Positions 40,813-50,537 of a stretch of DNA of 64,000 nucleotides are shown one piece after another (the first letter of the stretch is position 1; each line of letters begins with the position of its first letter). Both the position numbers and the translations under genes were made by a program. The stretch is taken from contig JAXHMY010000002.1 in assembly GCA_034520965.1 (NCBI GenBank), forward strand, positions 192,001 through 256,000, read 5' to 3'. This stretch comes from Spirochaetia bacterium (lineage in GTDB: Bacteria; Spirochaetota; Spirochaetia; DSM-16054; Sediminispirochaetaceae). Under the pieces are notes generated by a model, which searched no databases, was not told the origin of the DNA, and was given only the letters and a program-made list of their open reading frames with translations.

Positions 40813-41704
40813 TAGAAAGCAGTATATCTAAAAACCGCTGTGTATTGAACGGTTCGATATCACCGTATTTTTCTCCTGTACCCATAAAATAAAAGGGTAT
40901 CTGCAGTCGACGGCAAATTGAGATTACCACTCCACCCTTAGAGGCGGAATCATATTTGGCCAAGACAGCACCATCCAAACCGATAGCCTCATGAAACATT
41001 TCAGCTTGGCGGAGCCCATTCTGCCCGGTAGTGGCATCTATCACCAGCATCTTTTTATACACTCCGTCACCAAGCCGGTTTTTAATGACCTTATCGATCT
41101 TCTGAAGTTCCCGCACAAGGTTGGCCTTTGTATGCATTCTGCCGGCGGTATCCACCAGAATAAGCGGCACATTATTGGTGCGGGCGCTGCTAATTCCATC
41201 GTAGATAACCGCCCCCGGATCTGCTCCCGGATTCTGCCGCACTACCCGAAACTGCAGCCGTTTTCCGTGCTCCTGCAGCTGATCGATAGCTGCGGCGCGG
41301 AAAGTATCGGCCGCTACCAACAGGCTTTCTACCTGCTGCTCCCTTCGATAATAGTGGGCAAGTTTCGCCAAACTGGTTGTTTTACCTACTCCATTTACCC
41401 CCATCATCAGCAGAAGAGTGGGTCGAGAGGTATCTATCGGCAACTGCTCGGTTATCAGATAACCCTCCAGTTTTTCTCTTATAAGTGCAGTGACATCTTC
41501 ACTGGTTTTAACTTTATTAGAACGAACGGCTTTACCAACCTCATCTACTATCTCCATAGCTGATTGGGCTCCGATATCACCTTCTATCAGCTGATCTTCC
41601 AGACTTTCAAGAAACTCCTCGGTCCCAACTGAGCGGTTAAATAGTGCGCGTAAGAACCCCTTTTTTTTCACCCTAAGTGTCTCCTTCAATGTGTTTATAA
41701 CCAT
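40805..41704 (-). CDS. ftsY: Signal recognition particle receptor FtsY (NG domain only)
   Basis: GVNGVGKTT, DTFRAAA, DTAGR, DATTGQN, AKYD.SKGG. Confidence 0.95.
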   Translation of the reverse strand: MVINTLKETLRVKKKGFLRALFNRSVGTEEFLESLEDQLIEGDIGAQSAMEIVDEVGKAVRSNKVKTSEDVTALIREKLEGYLITEQLPIDTSRPTLLLMMGVNGVGKTTSLAKLAHYYRREQQVESLLVAADTFRAAAIDQLQEHGKRLQFRVVRQNPGADPGAVIYDGISSARTNNVPLILVDTAGRMHTKANLVRELQKIDKVIKNRLGDGVYKKMLVIDATTGQNGLRQAEMFHEAIGLDGAVLAKYDSASKGGVVISICRRLQIPFYFMGTGEKYGDIEPFNTQRFLDILLSNE

Positions 41705-41710
41705 AAATTA

Positions 41711-43186
41711 TCAGTATTCTTGCGAGCTTTTAATATACTGCCGCATGTGCAGGAACGTGTCGGTTAAAAGGATACCGTTTAACAGCAGACTGCCAGCGTA
41801 GGCAGTGTACCATAAAGTAGATCGGGCGTGCAATCTTTGCAATTCCCCAGAGCTCGCGGATGGTTCAGATAAAGCCGAGTTATATGCGTAGGCATATTCA
41901 CTGCTTTGGCCGTAACTAATTACGGTCAAGGGCAGGCTGATTAAAAAAGCGGCTAAACCCTGATAAAATCTGTCTCTTGAGTTCTCGACCACCGCATCAA
42001 TATCAATAGCCCTCGGATGGAGCTGCGCCGTTAAAGCGGTAGACTCACCCTCCATTACATACAATCTATCCGAATACCCCTCCTTACTTATAAGCATACT
42101 TGCGGGGGGAACCTGTTCTTTAAGAAGTAAGGGTGTTCTGCCAACCTGTCTTGATCCTAAAAAAACAGCGGCTCCGGAGGGTTCACTTTTAATTAACCAG
42201 GTTTGAGGGGTCTCTTTTTCCAGAAGCACCTTGACCTCTTCGGTACTTCCCGCATCGGCATCAATGAGCATACTTTGGGTGATGTAGCCGTCGTCACGAA
42301 CTTCAATAGTATGCAGCCCAGGTTCCACATATCTTATAGTACCTGTTTCATCAAGTTCAGCGATGGCTCCGTCCACATACACCTCTGCAGTAACCGGTTC
42401 TACTTCTAGGTTGATATCTGCCCACTCCCGGCCATACAGAAAGGTTCGCAGGGCCTTTGTGATATCATTCACAAGGTTTTCACTTTCTCTTGGAAAAAAA
42501 GAGTCCCTGTAAATGGTCCGACTCTGATTTGTTGCCCTTAGATACGCCTTAACCTCTATATACAAAAGCTCTTCAAGAGGTTCTATACGTCCCTGAATAA
42601 GGCAGTCAACATCCTGCTCCTCAGCCCAGATCTTCAGCGGCAGTTGAGGAGGGTCATATAACTCTCCCTCCTGGTTGTGTTCTGAGAGAACCACCCTCTG
42701 TTGCGACGGAACCTTCCATACCGCAGCAGGTTCCGACTTCAGCTCTTGTATTTTTATCCGCAGAGCTTCAATTTCCTGTTCGAGCTTTTTAAGTGGGTCG
42801 TCGGACGCAGAAACTTCCTGCTCGATAAATTTGGTGGCTCGCTCTACGAGCACACTATGCAGTTTATTTTCTAACTGAATCAGCTCCTGCTGTTTAAGCT
42901 GTTCCCTGCTTCCGGTAATTTCGTCTTTATCAAGAAAATGGAAGGGACAGCGAAGCACAGGCTGAAACAGATCAACCGGCACCGCATAGGTAAACCGTGC
43001 GTTCTCGTCTAAGAGATCCTCTCCCTTAAAGCGTGCCAAGCCGACTGACCAGTCTTTCTGGCCCCCCTCAAACTCTGTGTCCGCCGACATCTGGGCATTC
43101 ACAAGCTGTACGCTAAAAAAAATGCTGAAAATGATACTGGGAATTATAAAAAAGTTCCGCAGTAGAGCACTAGACAAATTATCCAT
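41711..43186 (-). CDS. PEGA domain-containing membrane/secreted protein
   Basis: P.TAEVYVDG..PG.H...GY and SEPSGA.V.LG...GRTP..KEGY PEGA motifs; C-terminal hydrophobic helices; start approximate. Confidence 0.78.
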   Translation of the reverse strand: MDNLSSALLRNFFIIPSIIFSIFFSVQLVNAQMSADTEFEGGQKDWSVGLARFKGEDLLDENARFTYAVPVDLFQPVLRCPFHFLDKDEITGSREQLKQQELIQLENKLHSVLVERATKFIEQEVSASDDPLKKLEQEIEALRIKIQELKSEPAAVWKVPSQQRVVLSEHNQEGELYDPPQLPLKIWAEEQDVDCLIQGRIEPLEELLYIEVKAYLRATNQSRTIYRDSFFPRESENLVNDITKALRTFLYGREWADINLEVEPVTAEVYVDGAIAELDETGTIRYVEPGLHTIEVRDDGYITQSMLIDADAGSTEEVKVLLEKETPQTWLIKSEPSGAAVFLGSRQVGRTPLLLKEQVPPASMLISKEGYSDRLYVMEGESTALTAQLHPRAIDIDAVVENSRDRFYQGLAAFLISLPLTVISYGQSSEYAYAYNSALSEPSASSGELQRLHARSTLWYTAYAGSLLLNGILLTDTFLHMRQYIKSSQEY

Positions 43187-43550
43187 TACCACCAGCAGCT
43201 TTTTGAACAGCCGAAACAATTCGCTGGGTTTTAAAGGGCTTTACAATAAAATCGCGGGCCCCTAACTGTATTGCTTTCATGATGTATCTCTGCTGGCTCA
43301 TTGAAGAGCACATAATTACAATCGCCCCGGGATTAAAGGCCTTTATCCGGCGAAGAGCCTCGATGCCGTTCATAACCGGCATGGTGATGTCCATGATTAC
43401 CATCTGAGGTCTGAGCTGGGTATAAAGACGAACCGCCTCGCGTCCATTAGGGGCCTCACCAATTATATTGATCCCCGCCTCTTCCAAGGCCTTCCGTATT
43501 ATTCCCCGCATCATTCCGATATCATCGACTATCAGCACTGTCGGAGCCAT
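43179..43550 (-). CDS. Single-domain response regulator (CheY-like)
   Basis: VLIVDD, MDITMP.MNG, MCSS, DFIVKPF; start overlaps the prfB stop (TGATG). Confidence 0.9.
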   Translation of the reverse strand: MAPTVLIVDDIGMMRGIIRKALEEAGINIIGEAPNGREAVRLYTQLRPQMVIMDITMPVMNGIEALRRIKAFNPGAIVIMCSSMSQQRYIMKAIQLGARDFIVKPFKTQRIVSAVQKAAGGNG

Positions 43551-44654
43551 CACACCTCTCCCGTCATCCGCCATTTAAGATACGCTTCGATAAACCCACC
43601 AATATCACCATCCATCACCGCCTGCACATTCCCAACCTGGTAATTGGTACGGTGATCCTTGACCATGTTATAAGGATGAAATACATAGGACCTGATTTGA
43701 TGCCCCCATGCAATATCCTTCTTTTCCTGGGCGTGTTTCTCATTTTCCTTATCCTGCTGTTCTTTGTAATGTTCATACAAACGGGATTTTAGAACTTTCA
43801 TCGCGGTGGCTTTATTTTTATGCTGGCTGCGCTCATTTTGACACTGCACTACTATCCCCGTTTCTAAATGGGTAAGCCTTACCGCAGAATCGGTTTTATT
43901 TACATGCTGGCCGCCGGCTCCTGAAGCACGATACGTATCTATTCTGATATCTTCCGGTTTTACATCCACCTCAATATCATCTTCAATCACTGGAGAGCAA
44001 TATACCGATGCAAAGGAGGTATGCCGGCGTTTACTCGAGTCAAAGGGGCTAATTCGTACCAGACGGTGGATGCCGGACTCTCCACGCAAATACCCATATG
44101 CATATCTGCCGCTGACTTGGATAGTCACAGATTTTATCCCCCCCTCAGCCTCCAACAAGTCGATTAACTCGTAGGAAATGTTATTATTTTCGCACCAACG
44201 GATATACATTCGATACAGCATATTCACCCAATCGCACGCTTCCGTTCCCCCTGCACCAGAGTGAATTGTAAGAAAAGCATCATTTTGATCAAATTTACCT
44301 GAAAACATTTCAAATATCTCAAGCTTGTCAACTTCAGACTTTATCTTCTTTAGGTTCTTGTCAATTTCCGGTACCAGTGAATCATCGCCTTCTTCATTGG
44401 CCAGTGTATACAGCTCCTCAGTTTCCTCTATCTTCCGTTTCAGCTCTTTCCAGGGATCAATTTTTGTATGCAGGTCGTTAAGTTCATGAATAACTTTTTC
44501 GGCACTCTCACGATCATTCCAGAACTCGGGATCTGCTGTCTGCCGTTCCAGTGCTTTTATATCTTCTTCAGTTTTCTCCGGGTCAAAGACGCCTCCATGA
44601 CTCTAATATCTGTGCCTTCAACTCGCTAATTGGTTTTTCAAAATCGGTTAGCAT
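43550..44654 (-). CDS. prfB: Peptide chain release factor 2 with programmed +1 frameshift
   Basis: ATG 44654 MLTDFEKP..WRRL, then GGAGG-CGT-CTT-TGA-C frameshift cassette (CTTTGAC at 44582-44588); SPF and GGQ motifs. Confidence 0.97.
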
Positions 44655-44667
44655 GAACTTGTCTCCT

Positions 44668-44940
44668 TTATGCTTTTACTATAACCCGCTTCCATCGCTT
44701 ATGCTCCAGGGTGGTTACCACCAGAGTCTCTTCTAGGGGAAATTGATACAGCCTCACTTTATCATAGTAGTCAGTTCTTCTGTCAATGTCCCGCTTAATT
44801 CTAGGCAAAAACTTCTCCTTCAGGCTGATGGATTCCCACACCCCATTTTGCACTTTGTTAAATCCGTACATTGTAAGCAAGTCATCAAGTTCCGCTTCTC
44901 TGCCCTCACTTCCGGATTCAAGTACAACTGAAACGAACAC
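44668..44940 (-). CDS. Orphan Cas2/VapD-like small ferredoxin-fold protein
   Basis: 90 aa; beta strand MFVSVVLE, LLTMYGFNKVQNGVWE resembling Cas2 'YG..VQ.SVFE', D.VRLY. Confidence 0.6.
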   Translation of the reverse strand: MFVSVVLESGSEGREAELDDLLTMYGFNKVQNGVWESISLKEKFLPRIKRDIDRRTDYYDKVRLYQFPLEETLVVTTLEHKRWKRVIVKA

Positions 44941-44983
44941 TATTAACCCCCTAATAAATTTTTACTATTGCACATAGACAGGC

Positions 44984-46280
44984 ATGTCGATTAATATAGC
45001 ATATATGTGTAAAGCTGTCCTTCATTTCGTATTTCTATTTATGTTTCTCATCAGCTCCCAGTCGCTGTCGGCTAATGAGACTTTTGCTCCCTTTGTATCC
45101 GGCTTGTCGGTTACGATGCAGGAGAATTCGGTTACTCTCAGCTGGCGCTCGGCTCCTGAAGAGATAGAGATCTATGAAATATTCAGATCCACTGAACCTT
45201 TCAATGAGGAGAACTTCAATGAGGCCCGCAAAATAGGCACTGTCTCGAAAGACATCACCGCCTACACGGACTATCCCCCTAGCACGGACAACTATTATTA
45301 CGCGGTGCTCGGTCGAAAGAACGAGGACACCCTGTATAAGCTGTTCATTCCCTATCGCAATATTACCATGTCTCCAGTGGCGGTTGTAAGAACTGAATCA
45401 CTTGATGAGGTCACGGCGAAAATATCTCAATTACAGGCTAAAAGAATACAGGATTCAATACAACTGCAGTTTGATACCTCTAAACCTGCTCGAAAGGTTA
45501 TTGTCTATCGCAGCAGCAGCAAAATTGAATCGGAGCAGGATGTAGTGACTGCCCAAGCCCTGTCAACTTTCACCTCCGGAGAAGAAAGCTATACAGATTT
45601 TCCGCTTGGGGGCATTAAATATTATTATGCAGTTATTGATGCTGAAGCTGCACGAGCTGGAGCCTATGATTTTGTTCTCGGAGAAAATGCACTCGAAGAG
45701 CCGGTAGAACTCCCTGTGGGTACACAGATCGCCAATGGTTCCAGAAGAGTAGAAAACCGAATTACTCCCCTACCTTATTTACTGTTAAACAAGACTGATT
45801 CAACTGCAACCGAAATCCTCTCGAAAAGTCCTGCGACTTTAGATGAGCAAACGATTTCGATTTGGAAGCGGCTGGAAAAACGTATCGCAGCAGAGAAAAC
45901 CGACGGTTCCGCTTCACCTGATATTCTTCCGATCGACAGGAATGCAAAAACGGACGGGGCTAATAAACAGCTCGCAGAACTTGTTGGCAAGAGTTTTCCC
46001 GCCAATCCGGATGACCAGGCAGCCTGGCAGAACGCGGAAAAACAGTTTGCCGCGTTCTTTGATGTTTCCCGTACAGACAAAGTACTTTCACGGGCACACT
46101 ACTACATGGGACAGGTGTATTACTTTCAGGGCAACTATAAACAGGCTTTTTTGAAATTCTCATGGCTCAAGATACACTGTACACACAGGTGCAGCCCTGG
46201 TTAGAGCGTATCTATCCTCAGCTGCTATTTCTTTTCGATTCTTAAACCAACTTCTCTCTGAAAGGAAGCGGACTGAGTGA
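44984..46280 (+). CDS. Secreted protein with FN3-like repeats and C-terminal TPR; probable 1-nt deletion at T6 (46147-46152)
   Basis: Signal peptide, VTLSW..YEIFRS..YTD..YYYAV twice, TPR-like AHYYMGQVYY; annotated frame ends at 46204, alternative frame ends at 46280. Confidence 0.7.
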
Positions 46281-48240
46281 GGCTGCACTCCCAGGACAAT
46301 ACGCAGGTGGTGTGCTGGTAAATCCACACTTTTTTCCCATATTGCTCGGTAATGGTATACACAGGAAAAGTCCAAAGCGTAGCCGGTTTGTCGACGGATA
46401 TGGTGATGAGAGTTCTATTTTTACGGTCATGCAGGGTGAGTTCGGTTACATTGAATAGCTCAATCTTGCCGTTTTCAAGCTCGGTTTTTCCTTCGGTATG
46501 GGTCACAATAAAACTGAGTTGGTTCCGTCCAGCCTCCGGAAAAGAGAGATTTATTTCAGTTGCAAAACGACCTGTTATCGGGTCAGGGCTATCGGTCGTA
46601 ATTTTATAGCTCACATTAATCGAGTTTTTGAGAAAATCATAATCTTTAAACAAATCAACATCATACCGAGCACCATTTACCTCTACCCTCTTCTTAATAC
46701 CGAAATAGACCTCTTTACGTTCTTTCTCGACCTTTCTTGCCCTGTAGAGTGAGTGGATAAAGTCAATTTTTTCCTTTACCCCATTTTTTGCTAATCCGTC
46801 AATGGTTACCTCGCCATCCCAAAAATGGTCAAGGAAACTGTTTTTCATATAGTCGTCATACCCGTTCTCCGCATCCTGCTCGTTGTGGTAGGGTTCGCGA
46901 CGGCGGGCCATGGTATCGAGATAATTCCATGCAGTCACTACATAATCTAGCTCGAACAGGGCGCCTCCCCTCCGATGAACATAAGCATTGATGAATTGCC
47001 CTTGATAGAGATATTCGGGAATACCATCTAAATCAAAATCAGTTACATTGACGGAGGTTGAAAATATTCCCTTTTCTCGGGTGGTTTTTTCCGCATTAAT
47101 GAGTCCTGCATACACAGCTTTTCGAACACGATTACGATACACCCCTCCATCGTGGCTGTGCCAGAAGGCTGTGTGGGTTTGTCCGCGATAGCTCTCTTCT
47201 TTCGCCGTTTTTTTGCGGGATCGGTCCCCCCTCACCTGCCCAACAATCAGATGCACATACATCATTTTTGCATATAAGCGGTGTATTTCCGGATACATAG
47301 TTATGTACTGTCGAAAGAAGTTCGGCCGACTTTCACTGGCTATAAAAGTGGAGAGTGGAAAGGGGGTATGGCCATTATTACTGTGGGAGATAGGCTGACT
47401 CTGAGTGGTCTTCACAAAATGAGATGGAAAATAGACTCGTTCAACCGGTCCTAAGGAGCGAACATAACGGCCCGGCAAAATCGTTTCGATTTTTCGGTTA
47501 TGAAGGGTCAAGGCATGCAGAAACCGCTCAAACCATCCTCCCTCTGAGAAAAAGTTCGAGTAGTGGCTGCTGTTCACCATAAAAAAATCACCGTTCATGA
47601 GCAGGTTTACCGTAATATTGGTATCGGACCTCTGGCTCATTGCGACAAGCTCATCCACCAGGGCTTCCGGCTCATCAAAGAACATTTTGTTAATAAGATT
47701 ATTGTGCAGGGGCAATACGATTGCCGTTTTACCTTGATCATCGGTAATGAAGGGTTGGTAGATATGTTCTCTGCTTACCCCACTTTGATAAAAAAGAATA
47801 TCATCAAGAAACAAGTACTCCATTCCACTGCTCTTGATGGTGGAGGTAATCGGGGGCTCCCACACCCCTTCTGTGATCCAACAACCCCTCGGGCGTTTAT
47901 TGAACTTTTTTCGTAAAAGTGTGGTCAACAGTTCAATCTGACCTAAACGGTCTTTGTTCGGTATGATGGGAAAGATGGGGCTATAATACCCGCCTCCAAG
48001 CAGTTCAATTTGTTTGCGCTTAACCATTTCGCTCAAGACCATATTGAACTCGGGGTGTTTCTCTTCCAGCCACTCTAACAGGGTGCCCGAGAAATGAAAC
48101 ACCGCTCTCAACATAGCAAATTTATACAAAATTGTTAAAAATGGTTTATATGAGTATTGATATGTTTTTTCAAACTGTTCTTGAGACGTCCCCACAGGCG
48201 GACTGTTGTAGGTACCCAGAACAAGCTTAAGCTTTCGCAT
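46225..48240 (-). CDS. GH57 alpha-amylase/4-alpha-glucanotransferase-like protein (DUF1925/DUF1926-like)
   Basis: SYKPFL, HFSGTLLEW, ELLGGGYY.PI, GCWITEGVW, YPE..LYAKM, DFDLDG..E, SFLDH. Confidence 0.85.
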   Translation of the reverse strand: MRKLKLVLGTYNSPPVGTSQEQFEKTYQYSYKPFLTILYKFAMLRAVFHFSGTLLEWLEEKHPEFNMVLSEMVKRKQIELLGGGYYSPIFPIIPNKDRLGQIELLTTLLRKKFNKRPRGCWITEGVWEPPITSTIKSSGMEYLFLDDILFYQSGVSREHIYQPFITDDQGKTAIVLPLHNNLINKMFFDEPEALVDELVAMSQRSDTNITVNLLMNGDFFMVNSSHYSNFFSEGGWFERFLHALTLHNRKIETILPGRYVRSLGPVERVYFPSHFVKTTQSQPISHSNNGHTPFPLSTFIASESRPNFFRQYITMYPEIHRLYAKMMYVHLIVGQVRGDRSRKKTAKEESYRGQTHTAFWHSHDGGVYRNRVRKAVYAGLINAEKTTREKGIFSTSVNVTDFDLDGIPEYLYQGQFINAYVHRRGGALFELDYVVTAWNYLDTMARRREPYHNEQDAENGYDDYMKNSFLDHFWDGEVTIDGLAKNGVKEKIDFIHSLYRARKVEKERKEVYFGIKKRVEVNGARYDVDLFKDYDFLKNSINVSYKITTDSPDPITGRFATEINLSFPEAGRNQLSFIVTHTEGKTELENGKIELFNVTELTLHDRKNRTLITISVDKPATLWTFPVYTITEQYGKKVWIYQHTTCVLSWECSLTQSASFQREVGLRIEKK

Positions 48241-48420
48241 TCACAACCTTTTTATCTTCTTTCTCGTTTTATTCTACCCAAGCCACATATAGTACTTATA
48301 CCCAGCATCAGGTATCTTTTTCTCACCTATTCTACACCCAATACAGACAAGTTTACAGTACTTTCTTACTCTTACCCTCCGGCGGATGTATACAAGCCTT
48401 TGGATAGCTATTAACGGCCT

Positions 48421-50097
48421 TCATGCTACCTTTTGCCCTCTCTTTTGCTGCTGTTTCTCAGTTCGAACACGTTGAGGCTTAACTTCGCGAGAGGCAATAA
48501 ATGACAACGCCGGGACAATAATTAGCATTATACCGATGTGTACAAGAACTGTGCTGTTATTGATACGAAATGGCTCCGACTTCGTAATTTTGACCTGAAC
48601 AGGCCGTTTTTGTTCAAGCAGCAACTGTGGCACTCCGCTGTTTTTTGCAGAGCTGATTATATCTTCATACCAATCATCTGTAAACGTTTTGACAACTTTA
48701 TTTTCACTCATTACCTCTATTCCATCCTGCGTATACGTAGCAATGCTTATCTGCTCTCCAGGCACTGGAAAAGTATATGATCTTCCATAAAAATATCCCT
48801 CCTGGAAGGCCCTATGGCGCAGATAATCGGCAAAATCGGGGAGTCTCTCTGGTAAAGAGGCTGGTAAAGAGGCTGGTGAAGAGGCTGGTGAAGAGAAAGT
48901 ACGGTCAAACACTAAGAGGCTCTGCCAGGAAAAATTATCGACAACAGCAGCCTCAGACTGGGAAGCCGGCATAGGATACTCTACTTCCCGACTAAATAAA
49001 ACTGAGAGCGCCGGTAAAATAACAACCGGCAAAATCCCCAGAAACAACAGCGCTGCAGCTGCGGCCCACCTAATTTGACGACGGCCTGCACTGGAATCTG
49101 AAGTTCTGAGGCTTGTGCCTTTACTTATGTGAATGGGAACAAACAGGCTGTGCAGCTGTTGTCGAGCACGCCTTCTGTGCAAAAGGAAAAATCCGTATAA
49201 AATCCCTCCGTGTATGCACATTGTAAGCAGACTGTGTCCAGCATAATTAAAAAACAAAGAGTTTCCTCCGCCCAGTAGCACAGCAACTGTACCAGCCAGA
49301 TTAAATGCAAGGTACACTGCACTATGCTTCCTCAATTCAATGAAAAAACCTTCCTCATGAGCATTCAGTCGGCGCTTCATAGCCGGAGCAAACCAGGCCA
49401 GCAGCAGTGTCCAGGCAATTAATTGCAGGAGCCACCAGGTAAATGTGCTTAAGCCCATGTGAACAATACCGGGCAGAGAAAGGAAAGCTCCCAGAATATA
49501 GACAAATAGAGACCACTTTACTCGGTATTTTTTGTGCAAAAGTGCTGCCATTATCAGTATGGCGCTTCCAATAAAACCCCATAGTATTACCTGCTGAAGG
49601 GGCTCAAACCCCGATATGTACACCGGCGTATCAAATTGCCTTCGCAGTTGTTCGGCTAAAAACAGTGGTGCACGTTGGTTAGGGTCTCTTTGCATATATA
49701 AAACCTGAGCAGGCTGTCCATCGATACTTCCCTCAAAATATCGCGGAAGTGCTTTCAAATAGGGATCATAACGCGGGTCCCGAGGCTCAAGCATCTCAGG
49801 CAGAGAACTCAACGGAAAAGTACTTATGCCGGAATATTGAAAAAAAGAGACCTCTTGATCTTCGTAGGAGAAAATTTTGCGAAAACCAGCTTGCTGCAAG
49901 GCCTGCTTTACCTTCGCACTAGGAGCAAAAGAATTATCATGAGCTTCAGAAGTTTCAACAGTATCGGCAACCAAAGCCACCTGATACCCCTTCCATGACT
50001 CTTCAGTTTGATACGGAAGCGTCCATATGACTTTTAGTCCGATACTGATTATAACTGCTGCTAAAATTGCAAGCTGAACTGCACTTTTTCGTTTCAA
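48421..50097 (-). CDS. Multi-pass membrane hypothetical protein
   Basis: 558-aa ORF (TTG start) with several TM segments and a DPRYDPYL motif. Confidence 0.75.
   Translation of the reverse strand: MKRKSAVQLAILAAVIISIGLKVIWTLPYQTEESWKGYQVALVADTVETSEAHDNSFAPSAKVKQALQQAGFRKIFSYEDQEVSFFQYSGISTFPLSSLPEMLEPRDPRYDPYLKALPRYFEGSIDGQPAQVLYMQRDPNQRAPLFLAEQLRRQFDTPVYISGFEPLQQVILWGFIGSAILIMAALLHKKYRVKWSLFVYILGAFLSLPGIVHMGLSTFTWWLLQLIAWTLLLAWFAPAMKRRLNAHEEGFFIELRKHSAVYLAFNLAGTVAVLLGGGNSLFFNYAGHSLLTMCIHGGILYGFFLLHRRRARQQLHSLFVPIHISKGTSLRTSDSSAGRRQIRWAAAAALLFLGILPVVILPALSVLFSREVEYPMPASQSEAAVVDNFSWQSLLVFDRTFSSPASSPASLPASLPERLPDFADYLRHRAFQEGYFYGRSYTFPVPGEQISIATYTQDGIEVMSENKVVKTFTDDWYEDIISSAKNSGVPQLLLEQKRPVQVKITKSEPFRINNSTVLVHIGIMLIIVPALSFIASREVKPQRVRTEKQQQKRGQKVA
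48849..48895. repeat. In-frame 12-bp tandem repeat, about 4 copies (SSPA/SLPA)
   Basis: CTGGT(A/G)AAGAGG x ~4. Confidence 0.85.
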
Positions 50098-50361
50098 GTC
50101 GTATACTTCCTACTACAGGCATTCCTGTCCATCAATTATATTTGTGATCCACATTATAACAGGTTTTTAAGTCTCGCCGCCACTCCCCAGCTTGTCAATA
50201 CAGTAGATTATTTTGCAGCTCAACTCCAACTTTTTAACTTCACTTAAACAGCCCTTCATTCATTGAATAGCGTTATGCAGACTCACTTGAACCTAAAACC
50301 ACCCCTGAAAGTGAATTTTTTTTCAAAATTTGAATTACTATTCAATAGTACTTTGCGATAA

Positions 50362-50502
50362 CAGCAATTCTCAATTTGGAAGTTAGAAGACTTCCAAATT
50401 GAGAATTTGCTTCATTTTCTTAGCAAAATTTTGTGTTTCTAAACAGTTGGAGGCATTCTAATTTTGAATAGTGCAATGCACTATTCAAAATTAGAATTGC
50501 TG
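50362..50502. mobile_element. Two-hairpin MITE-like element, copy C (141 bp)
   Basis: Ends CAGCAATTCT...AGAATTGCTG; hairpins 50366-50407 and 50455-50497; exact 9-bp TSD TTGCGATAA at 50353-50361 and 50503-50511; alignable to copy B along its length. Confidence 0.9.
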
Positions 50503-50537
50503 TTGCGATAAGGCCTATCTATGTGTAAGATAAAGGA

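Noticed and set aside
50262..50346. 9-bp inverted repeat ATTGAATAG/CTATTCAAT next to copy C
   Set aside because: Short, AT-rich and without a convincing TSD; could be chance or an unrecognisable remnant.
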